From the IMG/VR virus record IMGVR_UViG_3300030105_002498, positions 29,331 through 93,330 of that record: a DNA stretch of 64,000 nt, one strand, 5' to 3'. Below, piece by piece: positions 1-7,038 of the stretch. A program made the translations under genes and the position numbers. This DNA is from a virus. Position 1 is the stretch's first letter. Each line of letters begins with the position of its first letter. The notes below the pieces were generated by a model that was not told the origin of the DNA, searched no databases, and saw only the letters and a list, made by a program, of their open reading frames with translations.

Positions 1-98
1 TCTTCCATACTCATTAAACTAACCTCTTTTGAATACTCTTCTTCATTGAGCATCATGTTGTACTCCCAGATTTCATAATCTGTGTTATAGTCTTTCAT
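1..98 (-). CDS. hypothetical protein, runs off the left edge of the window
   Basis: ATG at 98 on the minus strand after an A/C-rich leader; open frame MKDYNTDYEIWEYNMMLNEEEYSKEVSLMSME... to position 1. Confidence 0.55.
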   Translation of the reverse strand, partial: MKDYNTDYEIWEYNMMLNEEEYSKEVSLMSME

Positions 99-257
99 AG
101 TGTTGTTTGTTTAATGAGATAATATGCTAAAATAGGTGGAAGCCTTATCATCATAGCTTCCAAAGTGACATTTACATGAAACCACAAAGGGCTGTCAACT
201 TTTATTGTCCTATTTCAAGACTTGATATTAATTTGTGTAATGCTCTTATTCTTAAAG

Positions 258-536
258 TTAAAATGGTGGGTCAACAATAGACTCAAAAAAGTCTTCAAAT
301 TCACTATAGTCTTTAGACCAACCATGTCCTTGTTTATCTTCATTTTCTAAAATCAATGTTTTAGACTCTTCATGATATTCTTTCACTTTGTAAACATAAC
401 CAGCTACAAACTCTTTTGTTTCTTTATGGTAATCATCTTCCATATGAACATCCTGATAACAGTACGCATAAGTAACCTTATTTTCCTTAATGTTGTTTTT
501 AAAGGTTTCAACAACTAAATCAAATTGTATGTTCAT
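258..536 (-). CDS. hypothetical acidic protein (92 aa)
   Basis: ORF track; co-oriented with neighbouring small genes; no recognised motif. Confidence 0.7.
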   Translation of the reverse strand: MNIQFDLVVETFKNNIKENKVTYAYCYQDVHMEDDYHKETKEFVAGYVYKVKEYHEESKTLILENEDKQGHGWSKDYSEFEDFFESIVDPPF

Positions 537-670
537 AATAGTGGTAGTTTTAAAGGTAAAATGAATTCGCTAAACTAAACAAATAGTTGCTACAAATTAG
601 TGGGGGTTTTGAAGGTAGGCTAAAGGACAAATAAAGAATGCTAACCTAAAGTGGCTAACATTCTTTGGGT

Positions 671-853
671 CTATTCTAGTCCTAATTTATCAAGTCCTAA
701 GCCATAAGATGCAAGCTTCCAGGTTAACACACCTTTCTTAATCTTATACTTATAAACTATACCATCAGCTAAAAATTGTGTCCTCCACACTTTAACTTCA
801 GAATTAAAATGCTTATTTAAAGCAAGTTGTATGTAATTATTTAAGTCAATCAT
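671..853 (-). CDS. hypothetical protein (60 aa)
   Basis: ORF track; followed by an imperfect inverted repeat at ~633-666. Confidence 0.55.
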   Translation of the reverse strand: MIDLNNYIQLALNKHFNSEVKVWRTQFLADGIVYKYKIKKGVLTWKLASYGLGLDKLGLE

Positions 854-928
854 AATACTTTCCTATTTTACCTTGATTAATAAAATGGAGCAGCCAAGCA
901 TAATTGCTCAACTACTCCACATTGGACA

Positions 929-1264
929 CTAGTAGGATATTACTCCTTCCATGTCTTCAACCACTATCTCTAAGTCTTCAGTTATGTACACAATACCTAT
1001 CTGTAGGTCTTGGCTATCATAAATCTCCATGTCAGCTTCAGGGTAATCTCTATCATCAACTATGTATGCATAGTCTAAGTAATCACCAACAAAAGTATCA
1101 ACCTCTTCTTCCACCATTCTTTCAATTGTTGTTGAAACTAACAGTTGATTTATAATAGCTTCAGATTGTTCCATACTATTTGCAGTTTCAACGTAATGGC
1201 TAGAAGAAACTAATAGGAATGCTGTAAAGAGTACGATGAGCATAATTGTTATTTTATTTTGCAT
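929..1264 (-). CDS. hypothetical protein with N-terminal signal or membrane anchor
   Basis: hydrophobic N-terminus ITIMLIVLFTAFLLV followed by a very acidic body. Confidence 0.7.
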   Translation of the reverse strand: MQNKITIMLIVLFTAFLLVSSSHYVETANSMEQSEAIINQLLVSTTIERMVEEEVDTFVGDYLDYAYIVDDRDYPEADMEIYDSQDLQIGIVYITEDLEIVVEDMEGVISY

Positions 1265-1488
1265 GATGTTATTATTTTGTAAAATGAGTGATTATAAGTT
1301 AAGGCTATTAATAAAAAGGTTTAGTAAATAAGGTTTATTTTGAATAGTGTTTATGGTGATGAGGAGTACTAAAAGGCACTTCTACTACAACTAAACTGCA
1401 AACTAAACTGCAATTTATACAACAAACACTACAATTATGTAATAAACACTACAAAGAACACCAGTTATGATGCCCTTTGTAGTATTGA

Positions 1489-1644
1489 TTATACGAGAAA
1501 CATTACATAGACACCACAAAAGGTGCAAGCTGCAATGAGCAACCAAGTTATAACAGTTTCACCAAGCTTCTTCATATACTGCAATTGCAATGAAACAAAG
1601 AAAGCAATACCAAAGAATAGAATACCAACCATTAGGTGTATCAT
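1489..1644 (-). CDS. small two-TM membrane protein (51 aa, below the ORF-track cutoff)
   Basis: own translation: MIHLMVGILFFGIAFFVSLQLQYMKKLGETVITWLLIAACTFCGVYVMFLV*; fills the gap between co-oriented genes. Confidence 0.6.
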   Translation of the reverse strand: MIHLMVGILFFGIAFFVSLQLQYMKKLGETVITWLLIAACTFCGVYVMFLV

Positions 1645-1667
1645 AATAAAAGTGTTTAGCAAGAGAT

Positions 1668-1706
1668 TAAAGAAAAGGGATATACACCTATTATAGTGTA
1701 TATCCC
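1668..1706 (-). terminator. intrinsic terminator of the 1714-1986 gene
   Basis: perfect 11-bp inverted repeat GGGATATACAC (1677-1687) / GTGTATATCCC (1696-1706), followed on the minus strand by TTTTCTTT. Confidence 0.8.
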
Positions 1707-1713
1707 AATGTAA

Positions 1714-1986
1714 TTACAACGTGATTTCAGAAGCCTTGTACTTCACAATCCTCTTAGCGGTGTATTGTCCTTGAGGAGCATCACGCAATTCAGATTGGAT
1801 AGCTAAGTCGCTAATGCTAGGGTCAGCCTGTAACTGAGCAATAAGTTCCTTGTGTAAGGACACAGCTACACGAGCCTCATTATCCCAATGGCGCATCCAT
1901 TCTGTTGGAACACCATTAGAATCATTGCTTGTGTTCAAGTTCAGAGTTGAGTAGCCGAGTTCAGATTTGATTTCATTGATAGTCAT
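1714..1986 (-). CDS. hypothetical protein (90 aa), first gene of the leftward module
   Basis: clean ORF with its own terminator; first gene left of the strand-divergence point. Confidence 0.8.
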   Translation of the reverse strand: MTINEIKSELGYSTLNLNTSNDSNGVPTEWMRHWDNEARVAVSLHKELIAQLQADPSISDLAIQSELRDAPQGQYTAKRIVKYKASEITL

Positions 1987-2210
1987 GATACATACTGTTT
2001 AGATAGATAGTGGTTGACAAAATTGCCAGGAATCAGAGTGGGTCTCGAAGAGAACCTTGAGAAACAAGAAGTAGATTATTCTGCCCCAAGTTTATGTACT
2101 CTGCTAAAAATAGGTGGGGGTATTTAAGTTGGGAAAATGAGAGGGGGTTTTAATTAGGGTGGCTCACAAACTCACATTTTTCTAAAAAATTTTCACAAAC
2201 CTTTAAAAAA

Positions 2211-2242
2211 TTTGCGTACTAAAATAATCCTCAGTACCTTGT
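2211..2242 (+). promoter_or_regulatory. Bacteroidota sigma-A type promoter (-33/-7)
   Basis: TTTG (2211-2214), 20 nt, TACCTTGT (2235-2242); established consensus is TTTG-N19-21-TAnnTTTG. Confidence 0.6.
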
Positions 2243-2258
2243 TTCAAATTAAAATATT

Positions 2259-2477
2259 ATGAAAGACTTCACACACATAACACAGACAGAATTTTACGAA
2301 TTATTTATAGATACAGAAAGATATTCATGGAGACAGACTGCTCCTGATATGGATTGGAGAGAAGCACACATGGATTTTGTATGGGATAATGACACTATGG
2401 AAACAGTAGGATTTAAGAGGACTTCCTCATGGGGAGAAAAAGATGAATATTTTATCCAAGAAAAACTTGCATACTAA
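2259..2477 (+). CDS. hypothetical acidic, Trp-rich protein (72 aa)
   Basis: ORF directly after a promoter, with A-rich leader. Confidence 0.7.
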   Translation: MKDFTHITQTEFYELFIDTERYSWRQTAPDMDWREAHMDFVWDNDTMETVGFKRTSSWGEKDEYFIQEKLAY

Positions 2478-2497
2478 AATAAGTCTTATTATCTTGC
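2466..2497 (+). promoter_or_regulatory. promoter of the leader-peptide/tRNA operon
   Basis: CTTG (2466-2469), 20 nt, TATCTTGC (2490-2497); near-duplicate of the promoter at 2211. Confidence 0.6.
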
Positions 2498-2550
2498 AGT
2501 CATAAAGGGGTTTCGCTACCTGCCTTAATTTTTAATAAATAAATAAAAAA

Positions 2551-2607
2551 ATGTTTTTAATAACTATATATACTTATACTTGCAAATCGACTCACTACTG
2601 TGAGTAA
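2551..2607 (+). CDS. putative attenuator leader peptide MFLITIYTYTCKSTHYCE (18 aa)
   Basis: ATG after the A-rich tract AATAAATAAATAAAAAA; codons 4-10 are ATA ACT ATA TAT ACT TAT ACT; stop codon lies inside the antiterminator strand. Confidence 0.75.
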   Translation: MFLITIYTYTCKSTHYCE

Positions 2608-2681
2608 GAGCATTTCTATATTGTTATAACAAAACAAAAATTTAGGAGACTCTTACTTTAAAATAGTAAGGGTCTTTTTTT
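2590..2681 (+). promoter_or_regulatory. transcription attenuator with alternative 1:2, 2:3 and 3:4 helices
   Basis: 1:2 ACTCAC (2590-2595) / GTGAGT (2600-2605); 2:3 AGTAAGAG (2603-2610) / CTCTTACT (2650-2657); 3:4 terminator at 2645-2681. Confidence 0.75.
2645..2681 (+). terminator. intrinsic terminator immediately upstream of the tRNA genes
   Basis: stem GGAGACTCTTACT (2645-2657) / AGTAAGGGTCTTT (2665-2677), loop TTAAAAT, T7 tract at 2675-2681. Confidence 0.85.
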
Positions 2682-2685
2682 ATTT

Positions 2686-2769
2686 GGGACAGTATGCAAG
2701 TTAGTCAAAGCAGGTGGATTGTAAATCCATTCTCTCACGAGTTCATAGGTGCAAATCCTATCTGCCCCA
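2686..2769 (+). tRNA. trnY: tRNA-Tyr (GUA)
   Basis: cloverleaf with acceptor GGGACAG/CTGCCCC (one mismatch), anticodon arm GTGGA-TTGTAAA-TCCAT, long variable arm, T arm ATAGG-TGCAAAT-CCTAT; CCA not encoded. Confidence 0.85.
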
Positions 2770-2775
2770 CAACAT

Positions 2776-2849
2776 GGGTTTTTAGCTCAATTGGTTAGAG
2801 CACCTCACTCATAATGAGAAGGTTCTTAGTTCGAGTCTAAGGAGACCCA
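2776..2849 (+). tRNA. tRNA with CAU anticodon, probably Ile2 (lysidine, reads AUA)
   Basis: acceptor GGGTTTT/GAGACCC, D arm GCTC/GAGC, anticodon loop CTCATAA in an ACTCATAAT context typical of bacterial Ile2, T arm CTTAG-TTCGAGT-CTAAG; lacks initiator features. Confidence 0.85.
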
Positions 2850-2855
2850 CATTAC

Positions 2856-2928
2856 ACCATATTAGTATAGTGGCTAATTACACTTCTCTTGTAAAGAAGA
2901 AACAACAGTTCAACTCTGTTATATGGTG
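2856..2928 (+). tRNA. trnT: tRNA-Thr (UGU)
   Basis: acceptor ACCATAT/ATATGGT with C2:G71, anticodon arm CTTCT-CTTGTAA-AGAAG, T arm AACAG-TTCAACT-CTGTT; CCA not encoded. Confidence 0.75.
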
Positions 2929-3150
2929 CTACTCATAGGCATGTCCTGTTTGTTTTCTATTCTCAGCATTAGTTGCTGACCAGCCTCCTATATTAGGTAG
3001 ACCTTCTGACTCTTCATCAACTCTGGTACATTCTGTACTCTGACAAGTTGGGCATTTAAGAGGTCTTTTAAATTGATCCCTAAGTTCTCCTTTGATAGTG
3101 ATTAATCTTTGCACTTCAAATTCATGATTGTTCTCGCAAGTTATCTTCAT
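2929..3150 (-). CDS. small zinc-ribbon protein (FmdB-like)
   Basis: CENNH...CPTCQS metal-binding pattern. Confidence 0.65.
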   Translation of the reverse strand: MKITCENNHEFEVQRLITIKGELRDQFKRPLKCPTCQSTECTRVDEESEGLPNIGGWSATNAENRKQTGHAYE

Positions 3151-3298
3151 CTTTTATTAATTGTTTTATTGATCCTTTTAATTCACTTGGGTGTGGTGTT
3201 GTTCCATATAGTACAAAGTCCCAGAATCGTTTATCCATCATATCTCTCCACTTTTTCTCAAACTCAGCATCTTCCTTTGACATCCATAATTTATTCAT
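3122..3298 (-). CDS. hypothetical protein (58 aa, below the cutoff)
   Basis: own translation MNKLWMSKEDAEFEKKWRDMMDKRFWDFVLYG...; A-rich leader; overlaps the start of the zinc-ribbon gene. Confidence 0.5.
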   Translation of the reverse strand: MNKLWMSKEDAEFEKKWRDMMDKRFWDFVLYGTTPHPSELKGSIKQLIKDEDNLREQS

Positions 3299-3550
3299 GA
3301 TTGTTATTGTTTATTAAACTCGATTACGAGTCTTATGATTAAAAGTATTATAATGTAGAGTAGCATAGTAGAATCCTTTGATTATTATTAATCCAGGTGG
3401 AGGGGGACAATTTTCAGAATTGACGTATTGACTGGATTCTCTATCCAAAATTACTCATAATTACAATACAAGTCAAGTTATAACCAATATATTTTCAAAA
3501 TAATTTTATTATAGGAAATCACATATTTCAGAAAAAAATTTAAAAGAAAG

Positions 3551-3582
3551 CTTGTTTAGGATTAATATTATACTTAACTTTG
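3551..3582 (+). promoter_or_regulatory. Bacteroidota-type promoter heading the packaging/virion operon
   Basis: CTTG (3551-3554), 20 nt, TAACTTTG (3575-3582). Confidence 0.7.
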
Positions 3583-3604
3583 TTTCAAATAAAAATGTAA
3601 CATC

Positions 3605-3946
3605 ATGATAATCGAATTCAACACAGTAAGAACCAATGACCTCGAAATGTTCGAGAGAGGGCAAGAGATTCAAAAATCTCAAGAAATGGGAATGGAGTAT
3701 GTAGCTGACTTTTACAATGAAAGTGATTGGCAAGCTATTACCAGTTTAGACATGACCACAGTTATTGACTGGTCTGAAGGAACAGTATGGCTGAATGACA
3801 CAGAGCTTCCTTGTGTCTATGCAAGACTCCACGGAGGTTTTATGACTAGTGCCATACTTATTACAATTGACGACTTTAGAAAAATCTACGAAAAGATTTT
3901 CAACATTGAAGTCAAATCAGGATTAGATTACTTAAATGGACACTAA
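3605..3946 (+). CDS. hypothetical protein
   Basis: ORF track; TAATG coupling to the next gene. Confidence 0.75.
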   Translation: MIIEFNTVRTNDLEMFERGQEIQKSQEMGMEYVADFYNESDWQAITSLDMTTVIDWSEGTVWLNDTELPCVYARLHGGFMTSAILITIDDFRKIYEKIFNIEVKSGLDYLNGH

Positions 3947-4377
3947 TGGAAAAAATTCAAAGAGGATTATATTTGGGTAGAAAGGAATATTATGAGAAGC
4001 ATCTCAGCATTATCAATCCTCTACTTCCTACTCAACTCACAGTAAAAGAAATTTCAGTACTGGCAGCATTTATGTCTTTGTCAGAAGAAATTACAGAGGA
4101 TGATGTATTCAATACTCTTGCGAGAAAGAAAGTTAAAAAGGCTTTGAAATTATCAGCAGGAGGATTGTCTAATTACCTAGACGCATTAATAAAGAAAGGG
4201 TTTGTAAATAAATCCGACATCACTAAGAGAATAACTATTAAAGAGTACTTAATTCCAGACCCGATAGCACAAGGGTATCAATTTAAAATCATACTTAAAA
4301 ATGAAGAAACAAAAGAAGAGAGACCCAAGCGTGATACTACAGAGACATCTGATACTAGAAGAGTTGAGGAACTTTGA
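3946..4377 (+). CDS. winged helix-turn-helix DNA-binding protein
   Basis: KKALKLSAGGLSNYLDALIKKGFV resembles a wHTH recognition helix and wing. Confidence 0.65.
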   Translation: MEKIQRGLYLGRKEYYEKHLSIINPLLPTQLTVKEISVLAAFMSLSEEITEDDVFNTLARKKVKKALKLSAGGLSNYLDALIKKGFVNKSDITKRITIKEYLIPDPIAQGYQFKIILKNEETKEERPKRDTTETSDTRRVEEL

Positions 4378-4582
4378 TGTAAAGTATATTAAAGAACTTA
4401 ATCCTCACATATTAGATTCGTTCTGTGAACAAGACAAAGAAGGGAATGTAATTGAGCTTTGTGAAATTAATTGGGAGTATGCTTTATTTACAGCTCCCTT
4501 GAAAGAATTAATTTACTTGATGGAAAGACTTTTAACACATAGACATGAAAGGATTATTGAAGCAAATAATACAACTACTTAA
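4301..4582 (+). CDS. hypothetical protein
   Basis: ORF track; operon context. Confidence 0.6.
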   Translation: MKKQKKRDPSVILQRHLILEELRNFDVKYIKELNPHILDSFCEQDKEGNVIELCEINWEYALFTAPLKELIYLMERLLTHRHERIIEANNTTT

Positions 4583-4584
4583 AG

Positions 4585-4908
4585 ATGAAAATACACAGTA
4601 AAGAGTTGCTCGAAGAATTTCATAAAGAAGTAGATGAGGATTTCCCAGGTCTGACTACCCAACAGATAAGAGAGATAGCATACGGACCTTGGAGATACCT
4701 CAAAGCTCAGATGGAAAGTGGAAGCTTGATAACTGTTAGATTCAAATACTTCGGGACATTTACTGTGTATGAAGGACGAGCAAGAGGTTTACTTGAAAGA
4801 CTGAAGAAAAGGTTTCAGGAACATGGTATAGAACCAGATGAGTATTTTAGAATCAAGACTATGTTAGAAGATTACTTAAATAAAAAAGATGAAGAAGAAG
4901 GGAGTTAA
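4585..4908 (+). CDS. HU/IHF-like DNA-binding protein
   Basis: TVRFKYFGTFTV resembles the HU/IHF (G)FGTF motif; such genes are typical of crAss-like virion modules. Confidence 0.6.
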   Translation: MKIHSKELLEEFHKEVDEDFPGLTTQQIREIAYGPWRYLKAQMESGSLITVRFKYFGTFTVYEGRARGLLERLKKRFQEHGIEPDEYFRIKTMLEDYLNKKDEEEGS

Positions 4909-5236
4909 ATTTATATATGATGTAGGCTATTACATTCAAGGTAACACTAGGTATCATATCTACTACTCCTCCTACAGTTGGTTGATTAGAGATTTTATTA
5001 TGGAACAGATTAAGTTTCGGATTCTGGTGATGGATGAAGAATGCTACAACAGAGGGACTTGTGTTAAGTGTGGTTGTCGAACAACAGCATTACAAATGGC
5101 TGACAAAATGTGTGACAAACCTTGTTACCCACCAATGTTGACAGAAGAAGGTTGGAGAACTTTAGGTCCAATCTTAAAGAAAGCTTTTATAGAAGATAAA
5201 GAATTGTATAAAGAATTAATAGCTTGTCATGAATAG
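4889..5236 (+). CDS. Cys-rich hypothetical protein (possible Zn binding)
   Basis: ECYNRGTCVKCGC...MCDKPC. Confidence 0.65.
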   Translation: MKKKGVKFIYDVGYYIQGNTRYHIYYSSYSWLIRDFIMEQIKFRILVMDEECYNRGTCVKCGCRTTALQMADKMCDKPCYPPMLTEEGWRTLGPILKKAFIEDKELYKELIACHE

Positions 5237-5528
5237 ATGGAAAAATTATAGATTGAATGTTGGACCTATTGAAGTAGGGATGTTAATAAGTATTGTCTTT
5301 CAAGCTGAAGGACCACTTCCTGGGATTGTTTCTATAACACCTGGATGTAGTTGTAGCTCTGCTAAGTATAATAAAGATACGATGGAGTTGACAGTTAAAT
5401 ACAGAGCAGAAAGTATTCCAAAACATTTGAGACACCAAGGATGGTATCTTGCTGGAAAGAAAGTGACTGTTCTCTACACCGACAAGACTACGGATGTATT
5501 ATCATTTATCGCAAAAGTAACAAACTAA
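5229..5528 (+). CDS. Ig-like protein (DUF1573-like)
   Basis: all-beta pattern with SITPGCSCS, similar to the DUF1573 CGC motif. Confidence 0.55.
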   Translation: MNRWKNYRLNVGPIEVGMLISIVFQAEGPLPGIVSITPGCSCSSAKYNKDTMELTVKYRAESIPKHLRHQGWYLAGKKVTVLYTDKTTDVLSFIAKVTN

Positions 5529-6106
5529 TGGCATTCTTATTTGAAATAACAGAGAACGTAGCTTACCCAAATGCAGAGACACTACTTGTACAACCTTTTA
5601 AAGAAATTTGGGAGAGAGATGCAAGTAAGAATAAAACTTATGCATTAGAAGAATTTGCTTACATGGAGTTTATGACTTCAATGAAAAAGTCTAATCCTTA
5701 CAGACAGTATGATGAGTTGAGAAAAGAACGAGTAGTAAGGGAGGCTGTAATCACACAAGAAAATTGGAATCCTGATGGATTTATTGAAGATGGTATGAAT
5801 GCTATTAGAAAGTTTCAGACTGAAGCATCCACTACATACTCTTACTATCTTGCGGCTAAAATGGCTGCCGAGGGGATGAAGGACTTTTTTATGACTCCAG
5901 GTTTATTGTTGCAGACAAACCCCAAAAGTTTAAATCCTATTTATAAGCCGAGAGACATTACATCTGCGTTGAATGACACAGAGAAAGTTTTATCAAATTT
6001 AAAAGCACTTGAGAAGAAGGTTGAGGAAGAATTGTACGAAGAGACTAAGAATAGAGCAGATAAACAAATCTCTCCATTTGCAGACCCTAACAGTTTAAAA
6101 AGATAA
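5528..6106 (+). CDS. conserved crAss-like protein, candidate terminase small subunit
   Basis: start moved to ATG 5528 (TAATG coupling; MAFLFEIT...); helical with C-terminal coiled coil; upstream of terL. Function inferred from position. Confidence 0.55.
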   Translation: MAFLFEITENVAYPNAETLLVQPFKEIWERDASKNKTYALEEFAYMEFMTSMKKSNPYRQYDELRKERVVREAVITQENWNPDGFIEDGMNAIRKFQTEASTTYSYYLAAKMAAEGMKDFFMTPGLLLQTNPKSLNPIYKPRDITSALNDTEKVLSNLKALEKKVEEELYEETKNRADKQISPFADPNSLKR

Positions 6107-6108
6107 GT

Positions 6109-6540
6109 ATGAATAGTATGACACCTTGGATGGACACAAAAGGAAAGATTTATGATACTTTGGATAATGAAGAGATGGTAGACTGCGTAGGATTTATCTA
6201 CGAGGTTCAATTTAACAATGGAATGAAGTACTTAGGAAGGAAAGCTTTGTATCACAACAGAACTCTCCCCCCATTGAAAGGGACAAAACGAAAGAGAAAG
6301 AAAGTAGTAGAATCTGATTGGTTGAAATACTGTGGCTCAATTAAGAATGAAGAATTTAAAGAGGGTATGAAGAGGGGAGAAATTTTTCCTATAGCTCGTA
6401 CCATACTTAGATTCTGCAAGACAGCTTGGGAGATGACTTATCACGAAACAAGAATTTTATTCATCCAGGATGCCCTACTACAAGATAGTTATTATAACAG
6501 TAATATCTTAGGGAAATTCTACAGACCCAAAGAATCATGA
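6109..6540 (+). CDS. GIY-YIG family endonuclease
   Basis: GFIYEV...KYLGRK, plus downstream YHE and YYNSNI motifs. Confidence 0.75.
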   Translation: MNSMTPWMDTKGKIYDTLDNEEMVDCVGFIYEVQFNNGMKYLGRKALYHNRTLPPLKGTKRKRKKVVESDWLKYCGSIKNEEFKEGMKRGEIFPIARTILRFCKTAWEMTYHETRILFIQDALLQDSYYNSNILGKFYRPKES

Positions 6541-7028
6541 AAAATTTATTCATTCTATTATTCACTCTGTTCACTTTCAGCACCTTTGCTCAAGTGGGAG
6601 TGAAAGATCATAACCTTATACTCAGTCTTGAAACTTACTATGAGAATGTCCAGTACCAGGGTGACTCAGGAGATATTTTTAAACATCAAGGAGGAATGGA
6701 GTTTAATGTAAAATTTGAATTTAAAAATCCAAAGCTCCAGTTTATAGGAGCAGACTTTGGAGTTGGATTTAATACTTACGAAGACTTTTTTAAACTCCAC
6801 CTTGGAGTTGCCTTTAGGAAAAAACTATTTAAAGACTTCGTTGAAGCAAGTTTAATTATCCCTAGACTTTCTGCACCTTTGGATGGTATTAAAGGTACAG
6901 GTTACAACACGCCTTGGGGATGGAGTTTAGAATTTTTAAAATCCCCTGTAAAACTAAAACTTACGCAGTACTTCTATAAGAATGCAAGTTTATCAAGAGT
7001 AGGGATTGTCTATAGATTTAACAATTAA
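6537..7028 (+). CDS. secreted, putative outer-membrane beta-barrel protein
   Basis: signal peptide MKNLFILLFTLFTFSTFA|Q; amphipathic beta strands; C-terminal VGIVYRF. Confidence 0.6.
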   Translation: MKNLFILLFTLFTFSTFAQVGVKDHNLILSLETYYENVQYQGDSGDIFKHQGGMEFNVKFEFKNPKLQFIGADFGVGFNTYEDFFKLHLGVAFRKKLFKDFVEASLIIPRLSAPLDGIKGTGYNTPWGWSLEFLKSPVKLKLTQYFYKNASLSRVGIVYRFNN

Positions 7029-7038
7029 ACAAAACTAT

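Noticed and set aside
1380-1485. CRISPR-like or iteron array
   Set aside because: Only two copies each of 11-nt repeats with irregular spacing; no repeat-spacer periodicity.
2500-2685. T-box or metabolite riboswitch upstream of the tRNAs
   Set aside because: No T-box consensus or long specifier stem is visible; a translated leader with alternative helices explains the region better.
2776-2849. tRNA-Met (initiator or elongator) call for the CAU tRNA
   Set aside because: There is no 1:72 mismatch or GGG/CCC anticodon stem, so it is not an initiator. The sequence context is Ile2-like. Elongator Met is not fully excluded without an isotype model.
2856-2928. Second tRNA-Tyr, because the loop contains GTA
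   Set aside because: In the 7-nt loop CTTGTAA the anticodon positions read TGT (Thr), and the variable arm is short.
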